From Octopus bimaculoides (Eukaryota): DNA of 64,000 bases. The stretch is from the NCBI RefSeq assembly GCF_001194135.2, contig NC_068982.1:126004698-126068697 (forward strand), read 5' to 3'. Below are positions 38,225 to 50,301 of this stretch, in pieces (position 1 is the first letter of the stretch; each line of letters opens with the position of its first letter). The position numbers were made by a program, and so were the translations under genes. The notes under the pieces are model-generated. The model saw only the letters and a program-made list of their open reading frames with translations, searched no databases and was not told the DNA's origin.

Positions 38225-38640
38225 TGTCAGCAGACTAGATGCAGAAATGTGATACTGTATGGTAGGGAAGATGGAGAACAGCCAATGTAACTGGAGAAGA
38301 ATTAGATGAAAATGATATTTTGGAGGTGTGATGTTAACTTAGTAGAAAGGCTGTGAGAAGCTAAGACCATGATTACCAAGATGTATGTTGGTGATACAGT
38401 TACAATGGCATGGATATATATATCCAATGAAATTAGTTTACTTAGTAAAGAGATATCATAAGTTGGTTTTAAGCATTCTTGTAAAAGAGGTAGGGCAAGA
38501 AGACTTGGCAGATGTTAAGGGGTTAGTTTATAAACACTGGATCTTGTAGGTGAAATGATAATGAATCAAGATACATGGGAAGAGGTGACTACTAAACTGC
38601 AGACCTTTCTAATCCATGCCAGCATGAAAAATTATGATGA
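38225..38640 (+). mobile_element. RTE LINE 3' end, heavily decayed
   Basis: Ends in CCATGCCAGCATGAAAAATTATGATGA like the other RTE tails; weak similarity to the post-RT region. Confidence 0.5.
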
Positions 38641-40624
38641 TAGACAGTTAGCATTATTGTTTTTGTTGTTATACTTTGATACTGTTTGTTATTTCATATT
38701 AGTCTAAAAAGGTCTCTACAAGATGTGCAGCATCCACTTATGAACTGGAAGTGTGGGATGGGGTAATAGGAGCAACTGGGCATTAAAGGTATCAGCTGAT
38801 GTGTGCAGGTATAATGATTATGCTGGCACGTACATGTAATATGATTGGTCAGTTTCTGCCAGGGTTTAAAAAATGTCTTACTTGACAGTGAAGACTACCA
38901 CTGTTAGAATAAGATTTGAGATATAGAGAGATCGAGTGTCAGGATGTTAGCCCTTCGAGATAAGTTATTATAGATACATGGGGGACACTTTTATACTAAA
39001 CTGTAGTCCTTTGTAGCCCATGATGAAATGAAAAAAAAATGTCAGTGATAGATATGATGTTGTCTAGCCCCAGATCAACTCTGAATGAACAGAACTATGA
39101 TCAAAAGCACCCCAGCCATGACTGTCTCACCTTTTTTTGTTCTTATACGTTTACCCCTCTACCCAGCTTTGCCCCTCATCTAGCATAATAATGTTGCACC
39201 CTCAGAGTGTGTTGTCTTTCAAACTGCATGATGGCTTCATTAGTACTGGTGCATCCAGCACACAAATTGTAAAGTGGTTGGCATTAGAAAGGGCATTCAG
39301 CCGTAAAAGTCATGCCAAAGTAGACTCCACAGCATGATGCAGTTCTTGGGCCCATCAGATCCTGTCAAACCATCCAACCCAATCCTGTTTGGAAAATGGG
39401 TGTTATATGATGATGATGATGATCCCATGATTTCATCACCCAATGTGTCTTTTTTTTAAGACAGTAGCTTGTAATTTGAGGGAGATTTAGCTACTATTTC
39501 TAGCAAGTCAAACTACTACATAGAAGCTCTCTTGGTATATAATGTTGTAACTGTAGTGAGGCTTGGACAGCTTCTAAGAACATCTACCAGATATATATAT
39601 ATATATACTACACTTCCAGCTGGTCTGTACTTTGTGTCATGCAGTGGAATATGACGGTCGGAATGTACACTTTTCGTGATTTTACTTGTTGGGTTCCAAC
39701 GTTGGGTGAGACACCACCTTCATGGGTTTTAGCTAATCCTATTGACCCAATACTCGCTTCGGTCTGTTACTTATTCTATTGATTTGTATTTATTGAATGG
39801 AAAAGTTACCTTTTGACCTAAAGAGATGCACCTCACCACATTGTCTTACAATGTTATTCACTGAAACACACACATACACAGACACAAAATTTTATACATA
39901 CTTACATACATACTCTGTGTGTGTGTGTGTGTATGTGTGTGTGTGTGTGTGTGTAGGTGTGTATGTATATATTCTATCTGCAAAATTCCATTCACAAAGC
40001 ATTGGTCAATGTTGTATTTATTTTGCTTGAGTGTTTGTTTTTATATAAAAGATTTCTAATAGTCACTATAGTAATGATAGACAAGATGGACTTGGTAAAT
40101 GCAAATTGGTTTTGATTCCTAAGGGTTCATAACCGTCCAACACAAAGCTTAGAACTACTGTGGCTATTGATACTGTTGCTTTTGATATTTATGTGAGTTT
40201 TGTGTTTGTTTCAGAGCAAATGGAGAGATAGCATTTTTAATTTGGTGTCGTAGTAGTATTATTATTCTTGGCATTCTGTTAACATATCTTGGTAACTGTG
40301 TTTGTATGGTGTATAATTGATGTTGTTGTTACAGGTGCAAGTAATGTGGGGGCGGAGGTAGAAGTTGTTTAGCTCCAGGTCAGTGCTGATCGTGCAGATC
40401 CATGATCAAAGTGCTCCATCCATGACCACCCCATCTTTATCTTTCTTTTTTTTTTAACACCTAATGTTTCCATAATTACATTATCCAGTGTATCCTTCCT
40501 TTTTTAATAACTATAAAGTGTGGTTTTAGAGGAATTTGACTGCTAATTCTAACAGTATTCGCTCATTGGCTTGTGTAGAGTAAATATGCAAGAAGGCTAG
40601 AGTGCCAAGTTAAATGCCTTAGAG

Positions 40625-40928
40625 TAGCAGTTCCCAAATTTATTTTCTTTAGAACCCTTCTACAATTTAAAAAGAAAATCACAGACCCTAAGTCTATATT
40701 TTCTAACAATTCCTCTTGCCTTAATTAAAAAAGAAAAACTGTTTTAGAAACATTTCTACTTCTAAAAAAAAATAATGTAATAATTTGTTATTTTGAAAAT
40801 GGTGAATACCATTTTTTCTACAAAATAAGTTTTTATTAAATTTTATTAAAAGACATCTTATCTCATGGATCTCTGGAACATTTTTGTGGAACCCTGCAGT
40901 TATATAGAACCCAGTTTGCAATATCCTG
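40625..40928. mobile_element. hAT(Charlie)-type MITE relic
   Basis: (C/T)AGCAGTTCCCAAA left end and a degenerate right end; flanking 8-mers CCTTAGAG and CTTTAGAA resemble a decayed nnTAGAn-type TSD. Confidence 0.45.
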
Positions 40929-42339
40929 CTTTAGAACATCTAGTTGTACCCGAGTTCCAAGTTCAAATCCAATGGAGTTGACTTTTCCATTTATCTCCCT
41001 TGAGATTGGTAATATAAATACCAGTAGTATACTGTGGGCTGTTCTAAAATTATACATTCTTTAGTTGGCCTTGTCAGAAATTCTGAGTGGAAGAGTTGGC
41101 ATTAATGTTACTAAGGCTTCTTCGTATACAGTAACCAGCGCTACCAGGTTATTATTAGAGATGCTGTTACATGTGCGATGCAGCTATTTCCAACACAAGC
41201 ATATGACTGGATGTGGTTTTGTAAATCTTGATCAAACAGACTTATGATCAGAAGCAGTCCTGCTCTGACCATCCTCTCTTATTGTCAAATATAGTACATT
41301 TATGACTACATTATCCAATGTATTTTTACAGAAAAGGCGAGGAAGTAATTTGAAGTAGATTCGATTACCATTTCTAACCAGTTGGGTAACCTCATAGGGG
41401 CTTTCTCATTGGCTTGATGTATATAGAATAGAAGGAATAGGAAGCTGTGATGTTTATGCATTTCTTGAGTGATTAGTGAAATGTAATAGCTCAAACAGCA
41501 ATGGTATGTTGGCTGTGAACACACCTCACTGATTAAGCTGATGTCTACATCATCATATACCACTTGTTTATAACATCATATATTGTATTTAATGGTGTAA
41601 AAGATGCAGAGAAAGAGGGACATATTAGACACACCCTAATTTCAGCAGTACATATTCATGAAAATAGTTTTTAGTGTTTTAAAGCATATGATATAGGCCC
41701 ACCTTCACATATAGCACCAGGGGGAATTTATGTCATCTACCATAAAATAGGGTGTATACTCTGTAAAGTGGTTGGTGTTAAGAAGAGCATTTAACCATAG
41801 AATTTATACTCAAAAATAGAATATCCTAATGAGATTTGATCTTCTGACTCTTCTAGAAGAACAGTTGTTCCATGTAAGAACTGACTTGGATGACGACAAC
41901 ATCTACAACCCAATGACATCATGGAAGAGGACACAAAATGATGATACCTCATATTATTATTATCAAATCGGCCATGATCAGACAGATCTGTGATCAAAGA
42001 CAATCCATCTATGACCACCCTGTTTTTTTCTCCAAGCCTAGTGCCTCTAGATCTTGTAAGGCATAATGGAACTTTAGTGGTTCCATCTTGGTGTTGTTTT
42101 GGTTGACAAGATACATGTTTTGTTAAGTAACGGTGATCATATTTGCCTACTGAACCCACGTATAAACACAGGAACTTACCACAACACTACATACAGTACC
42201 TATGAGCAACGTGAAAATATAACAAGAGCAACCATTATAAATTATTAATTAATCTATTCTACTAATTAGAGGTGATAGATTTAATGCTGGTTAGTGAGTC
42301 TAATCAGCTTCTCTTTCTTCTGTTACATATGCATCTCAA

Positions 42340-42447
42340 AAGATTACAGCTATTCATACATACATACATACATGCATACATACATACATACACACACACA
42401 CATATATATATATATACATATACACACATAAATACATACATACATAC

Positions 42448-42517
<70 letters not shown>

Positions 42518-43299
42518 AAATAAATGCATGTGTCAGGATTAAATTGTATTAGTTAACACTGTTTAGGTAGTACTAGTTAACTAACTAGAACCTAGTCAAA
42601 CCTACAAGTTCAGTTTAAAATACTACTATCCCATCATCTGTTATTCACTTAGCACCAATGTCATGCTTAGTGTTCAGCCTTAAATAGTCTCTTAAAGTGG
42701 TGTACCTACTAAAAACAGTTTCTCTGCTACAACCGCCTATTTTGCTCTGCTGAATTTTCTCTTCTCTCACTCTCTCTCTCTCGTTCTCAGTCCTTCGCTC
42801 TCTGTCTTTCTCTCCCTCTCTGTTTCTTTCTGTTGTTCTCTCTCTCTCTCTCTCTCCTCTCTTTCTCTCTCTTACTTTGGCTGTTCATACATAAAAGATA
42901 TCGCCACAACCACAACCACCACCATCACTGCCGCCATCACCATAATCATCATCATCATCATCACCATCAGAAACACCTTTACCATCACTACTACCACAGC
43001 TACTAATATCATTGTTGTCATCATCATAATCGCTACCACCACTGCTGCCGCCAGCAGCAGCTGCACCACCACCACCACCACCATCACTACTACTACTACT
43101 ACTAATAATAATAATAAGAAGAAGAAGAATGATAATAATAATAATGAAAATAACAGCAAAAATAATAAAAACAGCAGCAAATAATAATGATAATAATAAT
43201 AATAATAATAACAACAATAACAATAATAATAATAATAATAATAATGATAATAATCATGTTCCCATCATCATTGCCACAACAGCACTACCACAACAGAAA

Positions 43300-43335
<36 letters not shown>

Positions 43336-43716
43336 TCGTCTCATGGCCATTGCTACCACAATCAGCATCACCACCACCACCACCACTACTGCCACTGCCA
43401 CCACCTCCACCACCACCACCACCTCTACCACATTATCATCATCCTTCTACCAATACTATCATCATGATTATCATCACATGACCGCAACCACCACTACCAT
43501 CACCACCACTACTGCTGCCACCTACTCATCATCGTCGTCATCATCATCATCTGAACATCATTATCTATTATCATCATCTTTACTATCTTGCCATCATCAT
43601 CATATCTAACATCACTATCGTTTCTACTTATCATCATCATCATCATCATCATCACCACCGTCATCATCTCTATAACACTTAGATTGTTTTTCTGTCATTG
43701 TCGTCATTATCATCAT

Positions 43717-43748
<32 letters not shown>

Positions 43749-44390
43749 TCACCATCATCACCATCATCACCACCACCATCATCATTATCATCATCATCGT
43801 CATTCCCATCACCACCATCATTATCATCATCATCATCATCACCATCATTATCACCACCATTACCGTCATCATCATCATCACCACCANNNNNNNNNNNNNN
43901 NNNNNNNNNNNNNNNNNNNNNNNNNNNNNNNNNNNNNNNNNNNNNNNNNNNNNNNNNNNNNNNNNNNNNNNNNNNNNNNNNNNNNNNNNNNNNNNNNNNN
44001 NNNNNNNNNNNNNNNNNNNNNNNNNNNNNNNNNNNNNNNNNNNNNNNNNNNNNNNNNNNNNNNNNNNNNNNNNNNNNNNNNNNNNNNNNNNNNNNNNNNN
44101 NNNNNNNNNNNNNNNNNNNNNNNNNNNNNNNNNNNNNNNNNNNNNNNNNNNNNNNNNNNNNNNNNNNNNNNNNNNNNNNNNNNNNNNNNNNNNNNNNNNN
44201 NNNNNNNNNNNNNNNNNNNNNNNNNNNNNNNNNNNNNNNNNNNNNNNNNNNNNNNNNNNNNNNNNNNNNCAACACTACTGCTACTGCTGCCATCACCATC
44301 ATCATCATCAACATCATCACCACCACCACCTCCACCACCAACTTCACCACTATCATCATCATCATCATCATCATCAATACTTAAAGGGGT
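42340..44390. repeat. Large compound microsatellite region: (TACA/TA/TG)n, (CT)n, then (CAC/CAT/AAT/TAC)n across a gap
   Basis: Visible directly; source of the poly-H/N/T/V ORFs. Confidence 0.9.
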
Positions 44391-45035
44391 TTAGCTGGTA
44401 TAGTTTCTCTTAAAAACCTTATTTGCATGTTTCAGAATTTACACAGACTCAACCAGTCCCCAACCCTACTCTGCCCACCGACACATGCACACATGTACAT
44501 GCACATGATCACATACAAACACATACATGCACACACACGCACACTGACACACACACACACTGAAACACATACACACATACACACACACACACACCATTCT
44601 ATTTACTAGCAAGATTCAACTCCCTACATGTACATACAGATGTTATTTACACATTCTGTTGGCAGGATGCAAGTCCCCTTATATGCCAATCATATTTGCA
44701 CACAGCATCCCTGTGTAAACACCAAAACCAACCCCCACTTTTAATGCCTTCATATTTCTGCATTATAAAATACGATTCTCTCCAAATATATGCAGCTTGT
44801 TTAGATATTCAGAAATTTCACTTGTACACATGCAGATTATTCGTTAACGCAGACATTTCATATATTTGGTTTGCTTATTTGCTTCATGATTAGGGGGACT
44901 TGTTATTAAGTAATAGGTGTACTTATATCCTCTATTTTTCTCTAGATAAACCATATCTAACCCATAACTTCAATCCTGCTCTGAGTTCATTGTACAAATC
45001 ATTAGTTTTTAACTATGTATATATATATGCCTGTA

Positions 45036-45477
45036 AGGCAGCGAGCTGGCAGAATCGTTAGCACACCGGGCAAAATGCTTAGTGGTATTTCCCTGTCTTT
45101 GTGTTCTGAGCTCAAATTCTGCCATGGTCAACTTTGCCTTTTGTTGTGTGGATGCCCCCAGATGATAAGTAGGCTAGTCCAGTACATATAAATAGTGGAC
45201 GTGATAGCTAGTTGTAGAAGTGTCGCATAGAGCGAGCTGGAGCCGTCGGTAGACTAGACGTCAAGTTCTGTTGAGTCGAGTCGTCGGAAGTGAGAATTCG
45301 ATAGTTGAGTAGAAGTACATTATTGGCAAAGGCACGCCATCCGAACATGCGATATAACACTTTTCATCCTTTCAGGGTCGATTAAATTAGTACCAGCTAT
45401 GCACTGGGTTCGATGTAATCGACTTATTCACTGTGTTTGTCCCCTCTGTGTTTAGCTCCCTGTGGGCAATAAAGAAA
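45036..45477 (+). mobile_element. Family-B SINE with a TATATATATGCCTGT-type TSD, interrupted by a solo LTR
   Basis: ATATATATGCCTGT occurs just before 45036 and again after the tail at ~45490. Confidence 0.85.
45142..45359. mobile_element. Solo LTR (218 bp) of an LTR retrotransposon
   Basis: TGTTGTGT...ATATAACA termini, 4-bp TSD CTTT (45138-45141 and 45360-45363), TATAAATA at 45187, and many intact CpGs. Confidence 0.8.
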
Positions 45478-45544
45478 TATATATATATATATATATGCCT
45501 GTTTATGTATTCACATATATAACAATCAAAATCAAATTTGTTGA

Positions 45545-46035
45545 TGTGGCCGATGACAGCACCGCCTGACCGGCACCCGTGCCAGTGGAACGTTAAAAGC
45601 ACCATCCGAGCGTGATCTTTTCCAGGGCTGCCGACTGGCTCCCGTGCCGGTGGCACATAAAATGCATCATTTGAGCATGATCTTTACCAGTGTCGCCTTA
45701 CTGGCACTTGTGCTGGTGGCATGTGAAAAACAACATTCGAACGAGGTTGTTGCCAGTGCCGCTGGATTGGCTCCTGTGCAGGTGGCACATAAAAAACACC
45801 TTTTGAGCGTGGCTGCCGCCAGTACCGCCTGACTGGCCCTCGTGCCGGTAGCACGTAAAAGCACCCACTGCACCCTCGGTGTAGTTGGCATTAGGAAGGG
45901 CATCCAGCTGTAGAAACTCTGCCAGATCAGATTGGAGCCTGGTGCAGCCATCTGGTTCATCAGTCCTCAGTCAAACCATCCAACCCATGCCAGCATGGAA
46001 AGCAGATATTAAACTATGATGATGATGATGATGAT
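45545..46035 (+). mobile_element. Longest family-C copy, with ~4-5 internal GC-rich tandem units and a (GAT)n tail
   Basis: Repeated GCCAGT...ACTGGC..GTGC..GTGGCAC.TAAAAAGCACC units precede the shared RTE-type tail. Confidence 0.85.
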
Positions 46036-46127
46036 GGTGATATAAATATAAAGGCTTGTTTAATTGGTTTGTGTAATTGATACACTAAACATGCACAGGA
46101 TGGAGGAGTTGAAATAATATTTGATAT

Positions 46128-46214
46128 TAATACTGGATGTTTATTTCAAAGTTCGCCATTAAAAGTGGCTTCTCACTTTTAATGATGGAACTTTGGAGTA
46201 AACAGGCACTATTA
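46128..46214 (+). ncRNA. Candidate pri-/pre-miRNA-like hairpin (unverified)
   Basis: A 28-bp upper stem with a 6-nt loop and three G:U pairs on the plus strand, plus an imperfect ~12-bp lower stem. Confidence 0.25.
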
Positions 46215-46228
46215 TTTATATCAGATAT

Positions 46229-46425
46229 AAAGGCGGCGAGCTGGCAGAATCGTCAGCACACCAGGCGAAATGCTTAGCGGTATTTTGCCTGTCACTATGT
46301 TCTGAGTTTATATTCCACCTTTCATCCTTTCAGGGGTGATTAAATAAGTACCAGTTACACACTGGAGTCGATGTAGTCAACCTAATCCCTTCCCCCAAAT
46401 TTGAGGCCTTGTGCTTCCAGTAGAA
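46229..46425 (+). mobile_element. Family-B SINE with an internal deletion
   Basis: AAGGCGGCGAGCTGGCAGAATCG head; lacks the GAGGTCGACTTTG segment. Confidence 0.8.
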
Positions 46426-48113
46426 AGAATTATTAATATCAGAAATTATACACACACACAGTCTGTGTGTCTGTCTCTCACACACACACACACACACACA
46501 CATACACACATGATATGCCTCTGTACAGTTTTTGTTTTTGCAATTTCACTCAATAGTAAGACTACAGTAGAAGGTACTTTACCCAAAGTGTTGTATCATA
46601 AGAAAGAACTTAAGACACACACACACACATATGATCATCGTTTACTATCTGTTCCCCATGCTGAAATGGGTTGGACAATTTGACAAGAGCTGGCAAGCCA
46701 GGGAGCTGTGACAAGCTCTGTTGTCTGTTTTGGCATACTTTTTACAGCTGGATGCCCTTCCTAACACCCACCACTTGACAGAGTGTACTGGGTGCTCTCT
46801 TTCATGATACCTGCACTGGTGCACTACCATAATAAATACAGGAATGCAACTCTAGAAGCTAGCTCCTTAATATGTATATGTATGTGTGCATCTGTGTATT
46901 TAATTCAGAATAAATTTTGGTTGGCCATCCACTTTGTAGCAAGGTTGTGAAGGAAAGCATCAGAGCAAGTCTCTTCAACTATATCCCGAAACCAACCAAA
47001 GCCTTATAAAAGGATTGGGTAGATGGAAACTGAAAGAAGCCTATTATACACACACACACACACACGTGTGTGTGTTTATGTGTACTGTTGTCCTGGCATG
47101 GTTGTAAATGAGAATCACCGTCATACAAGCGAGGTTGTTCATTTCCAGTCTGTCATGGAAAGCACATCTGGCTACGAGAAAACATTACCTTACGTGGAAA
47201 CAGGTGAGGGCTGGCAGCAGAAGGCACATCCAGATATAGAAGACCTGCTTCAACAAATTCCACCTGGCCTATTGCATGCATGGAAAAGTGGATCTTAAAT
47301 GATGATGATAAGCCATTCAAACCAGCCTTGTATACTCAGCTTAGGTTTTTCTTGATGCTTTTACTCACAGTTCCAACTAAATCTCTATTATTTCTGTTTG
47401 TCTTCCATGTTAGATTTACTATAACATGGCCAACAATATAATTTTTACCACTCCCCTACATGACAGCAACTACTACTATCACTCCCAAAACAAGTACACA
47501 TCTCCAGAACACTTCACCTTCATTCTTTTTACTCACATAATTCAGGTAGAGCACTTCACTATCTTCTTTAATTAAGTATGAAGACACCTCAGTTTTATAG
47601 AAGCAGGGAATTTAGAAATATTGCCTTTCACAATGACATGGATAATTTAACTGAAGTTTTGTGATGAATTTGGCCATTTTAAATCTAGTCATTTACTTGG
47701 CTGTAGTTAAAAAAATATATACATAAATTACTGTATGTAGAATGGAAGAAATAAGGAAATCAGATTCAGTATGTTGGATTTCACAAATAAGATGAATAAA
47801 TATGTGCTTGTAAAAAAAAAACGCCATGCTAGTATGGGAAAATAGCAGTGGTGGTCGTGGTGGTGCTGCTGATGATGATCATGGTTGTGGTGCTGGTGCT
47901 GGTGGTAGGAGTGATGGTGGTAGGAGTGATGGTGGTGGTGGTAGTTGTAGTTTTAAAGATAATGAGGATAATGATTGTTGTGGATGACCCCCTAACCCTA
48001 ACCCAAACTAAACAAATACCTCTTCTCAGCACCTTACCTTACTGCAAGTGGGTGATACTACACAAAACCCGCCTGTAATGCTACATAGAACCATTCCAAC
48101 CATTCTTGTAGAC

Positions 48114-48710
48114 AATATTACAATCACAGTAAAGCTTAATTCCTTTGTCTGTCCTTGTTTGTCTCCTCTGCATTTAGTCCCCTGTGAGCAATAAAGAAAT
48201 GCATATTACAATCACACTAAGGTGGTGAGCTGGCAGAAACGTTAGCACACAGGCTGAAATGCTTAGCGATATTTTGTCTATCTTTGCGTTCTGAGTTCAA
48301 ATTCCGCTGAGGTCAACTTTGCCTTTCATCCTTTCGGAATTGATTAAATAAGTACCAGTTGCGCACTGGGGTCGGGTCGATGTAATCAACACAATCCCTT
48401 TGTTTGTCCTCGTTTGTCCCCTCTATGTTTAGCCCCCTCTGTGAGGAATAAAGAAATAAATATGACAATCACATTAAGGTGGCGAGCTGGCAGAAACGTT
48501 AGCACACCGGCTGAAATGCTTAGCGGTATTTTGTCTATCTTTACGTTCTGAGTTCAAATTCTGCCGCGGCTGATTTTGGAGTCGATTAAATAAGTACCAG
48601 TTGCACACTGGGGTCGATGTAATCGACTTAATCCCTTTGTCTGTCCTTGTTTCTCCCCTCTGTGTTTAGCCCCCCCTGTGAGGAATAAAGAAATAAATAT
48701 TACAATCACA
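48114..48710 (+). mobile_element. Head-to-tail trimer of family-B SINE bounded and separated by the same 14-mer ATATTACAATCACA
   Basis: The 14-mer is at 48115, 48203, 48460 (one mismatch) and 48697. Confidence 0.9.
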
Positions 48711-48955
48711 TTTTCTCCTATCTCCATGTCTGTCTCCAAATACAAACTACTACAGCAACCAAAACCTACCACTCATTTTAATTCCTTCCTCTTTCATGTA
48801 CCTGTACCATGTTTACCACCTTGCCATTTATCTTTTATCTATAACTTGTTTCCGTCATTTGACTGTGGTCATGCTGGGGCACTGCCTTGAAGAATTGTTA
48901 CTCGAATGAATCGACCCCAAAACTATTTTTTTTAAAGCCTGGTACTTATTCTGTT

Positions 48956-49132
48956 ATACAGTTCTATATTTAAGAGATGAGGAATTATGTATATTATTTA
49001 CATTTGATGGTTATTTGTCCTCATCTTGTTTGTTGCTAACACGTTTCGGCTGATATACCCTCCAGCCTTCATCGGTGTTTTGGGGAAATTTCAAACCTGG
49101 GTTCTCATTCCTAAGGTATTTTTCGATGTTAC

Positions 49133-49170
<38 letters not shown>

Positions 49171-49363
49171 TCACTGCTTGGAATTGAACTCAGAATCTTG
49201 GGGTTAGTAGCCCGCGCTCTCAACCACTACACCATATGCCCATGGGCATATGGCATAGTACCATACTGTGGGACTGAACCTGATGAAAGCTGGAGGGTAT
49301 ATCAGCCAAAACGTTGTTAACAACAAACAAGATGAGGATAAATATCTGTCAAATGTAAATGAT
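48956..49363. mobile_element. tRNA-headed, hammerhead-bearing (Penelope-type tail) element in head-to-head inverted form, inserted into a family-A SINE
   Basis: 14-bp TSD GTACTT(A/G)TTCTGTT at 48942-48955 and 49364-49377. Minus-strand A box TGGTGTAGTGG and B box GAGTTCAATTCC. Decayed CTGATGA...GGCTG-loop-CAGCC-GAAAC motifs occur on both strands. Confidence 0.75.
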
Positions 49364-49450
49364 GTACTTGTTCTGTTGTCTCTTTTGCTGAACTACTAAG
49401 TTACAAAAATGTAAGCATACCAATGCCAGTTGTCAAGCAGTGGTGGGGGA

Positions 49451-49503
<53 letters not shown>

Positions 49504-49977
49504 GATGTTAAGATGGGCATCCAACACTAGAAACCATGCCAAAAACATTTCAGTTCCTTTCAAACTGCCCAACCCATGCCAGCATGGAAAACAAGCATTA
49601 AATGATGATGATAATGATGACAATGGGCTTCTTTCAGTTTCCATCTACCAAATCCACTTACAAGGCTTTGGTTGGCTCAAGGCCATACTAGAAGACATTT
49701 GCCCAAGGTGCCATGCCGTGGGACTGAACCTGGAACCATGTTGTTGGGAAGCAGAGTCGACTGAGTGCTTTTTACATGGCACCAGCACAGGCGAGGTCAA
49801 TTTTGGTGTGGTTTTTACAGCTGGATGCCTTTCCAAATGCCAACCACTTCACAGGGTAGATTGGATACTTTTTAAGTGGCACCAGCCCTGGCAGGGTCAC
49901 CAAGTAACTTGCAAGACAAGGAATTTTTGAGAAGGGAGGAGCATTGGAGGAGGTGATCTTGAGTCAGATGATGAAAG

Positions 49978-50209
49978 ATGGTGAGCTGGCAGAAACATTA
50001 GCACGCCGGGCGAAATACTTAGCAGTATTTCGTCTGCCGTTACGTTCTGAGTTCAAATTCCGCCAAGGTCGACTTTGCCTTTCATCCTTTCGGGGTCGAT
50101 AAATTAAGTACCAGTTACGCACTGGGGTCGATGCAATCGACTTAATCCCTTTGTCTGTCCTTGTTTACCCCCTCTCTGTTTAGCCCTTTGTGGGCAATAA
50201 AGAAATAAT
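49978..50209 (+). mobile_element. Young full-length family-B SINE with a 10-bp TSD
   Basis: ATGATGAAAG at 49968-49977 and 50210-50219; inserted in a C/RTE-type relic. Confidence 0.9.
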
Positions 50210-50256
50210 ATGATGAAAGGTTAGAGTGTGACAGAGAGAGACAGAGGCAGAAACAG

Positions 50257-50301
<45 letters not shown>

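Noticed and set aside
42872-44394. Long ORFs rich in His, Val, Ser, Thr and Asn (also 24558..25292, 3878..4100 and 47829..48078)
   Set aside because: They are translations of triplet microsatellites open in several frames on both strands, with no splice or homology support.
48114-48710. Repeat-spacer pattern resembling a CRISPR array
   Set aside because: The spacers are homologous SINE copies, the repeat is a 14-bp TSD, the context is eukaryotic, and there are no cas genes.
49170-49241. tRNA-like sequences (also at 229, 4760, 17175, 33226 and 50305)
   Set aside because: They have A/B boxes but no complete cloverleaf or acceptor stem and run on into SINE bodies, so they are SINE heads, not tRNA genes.
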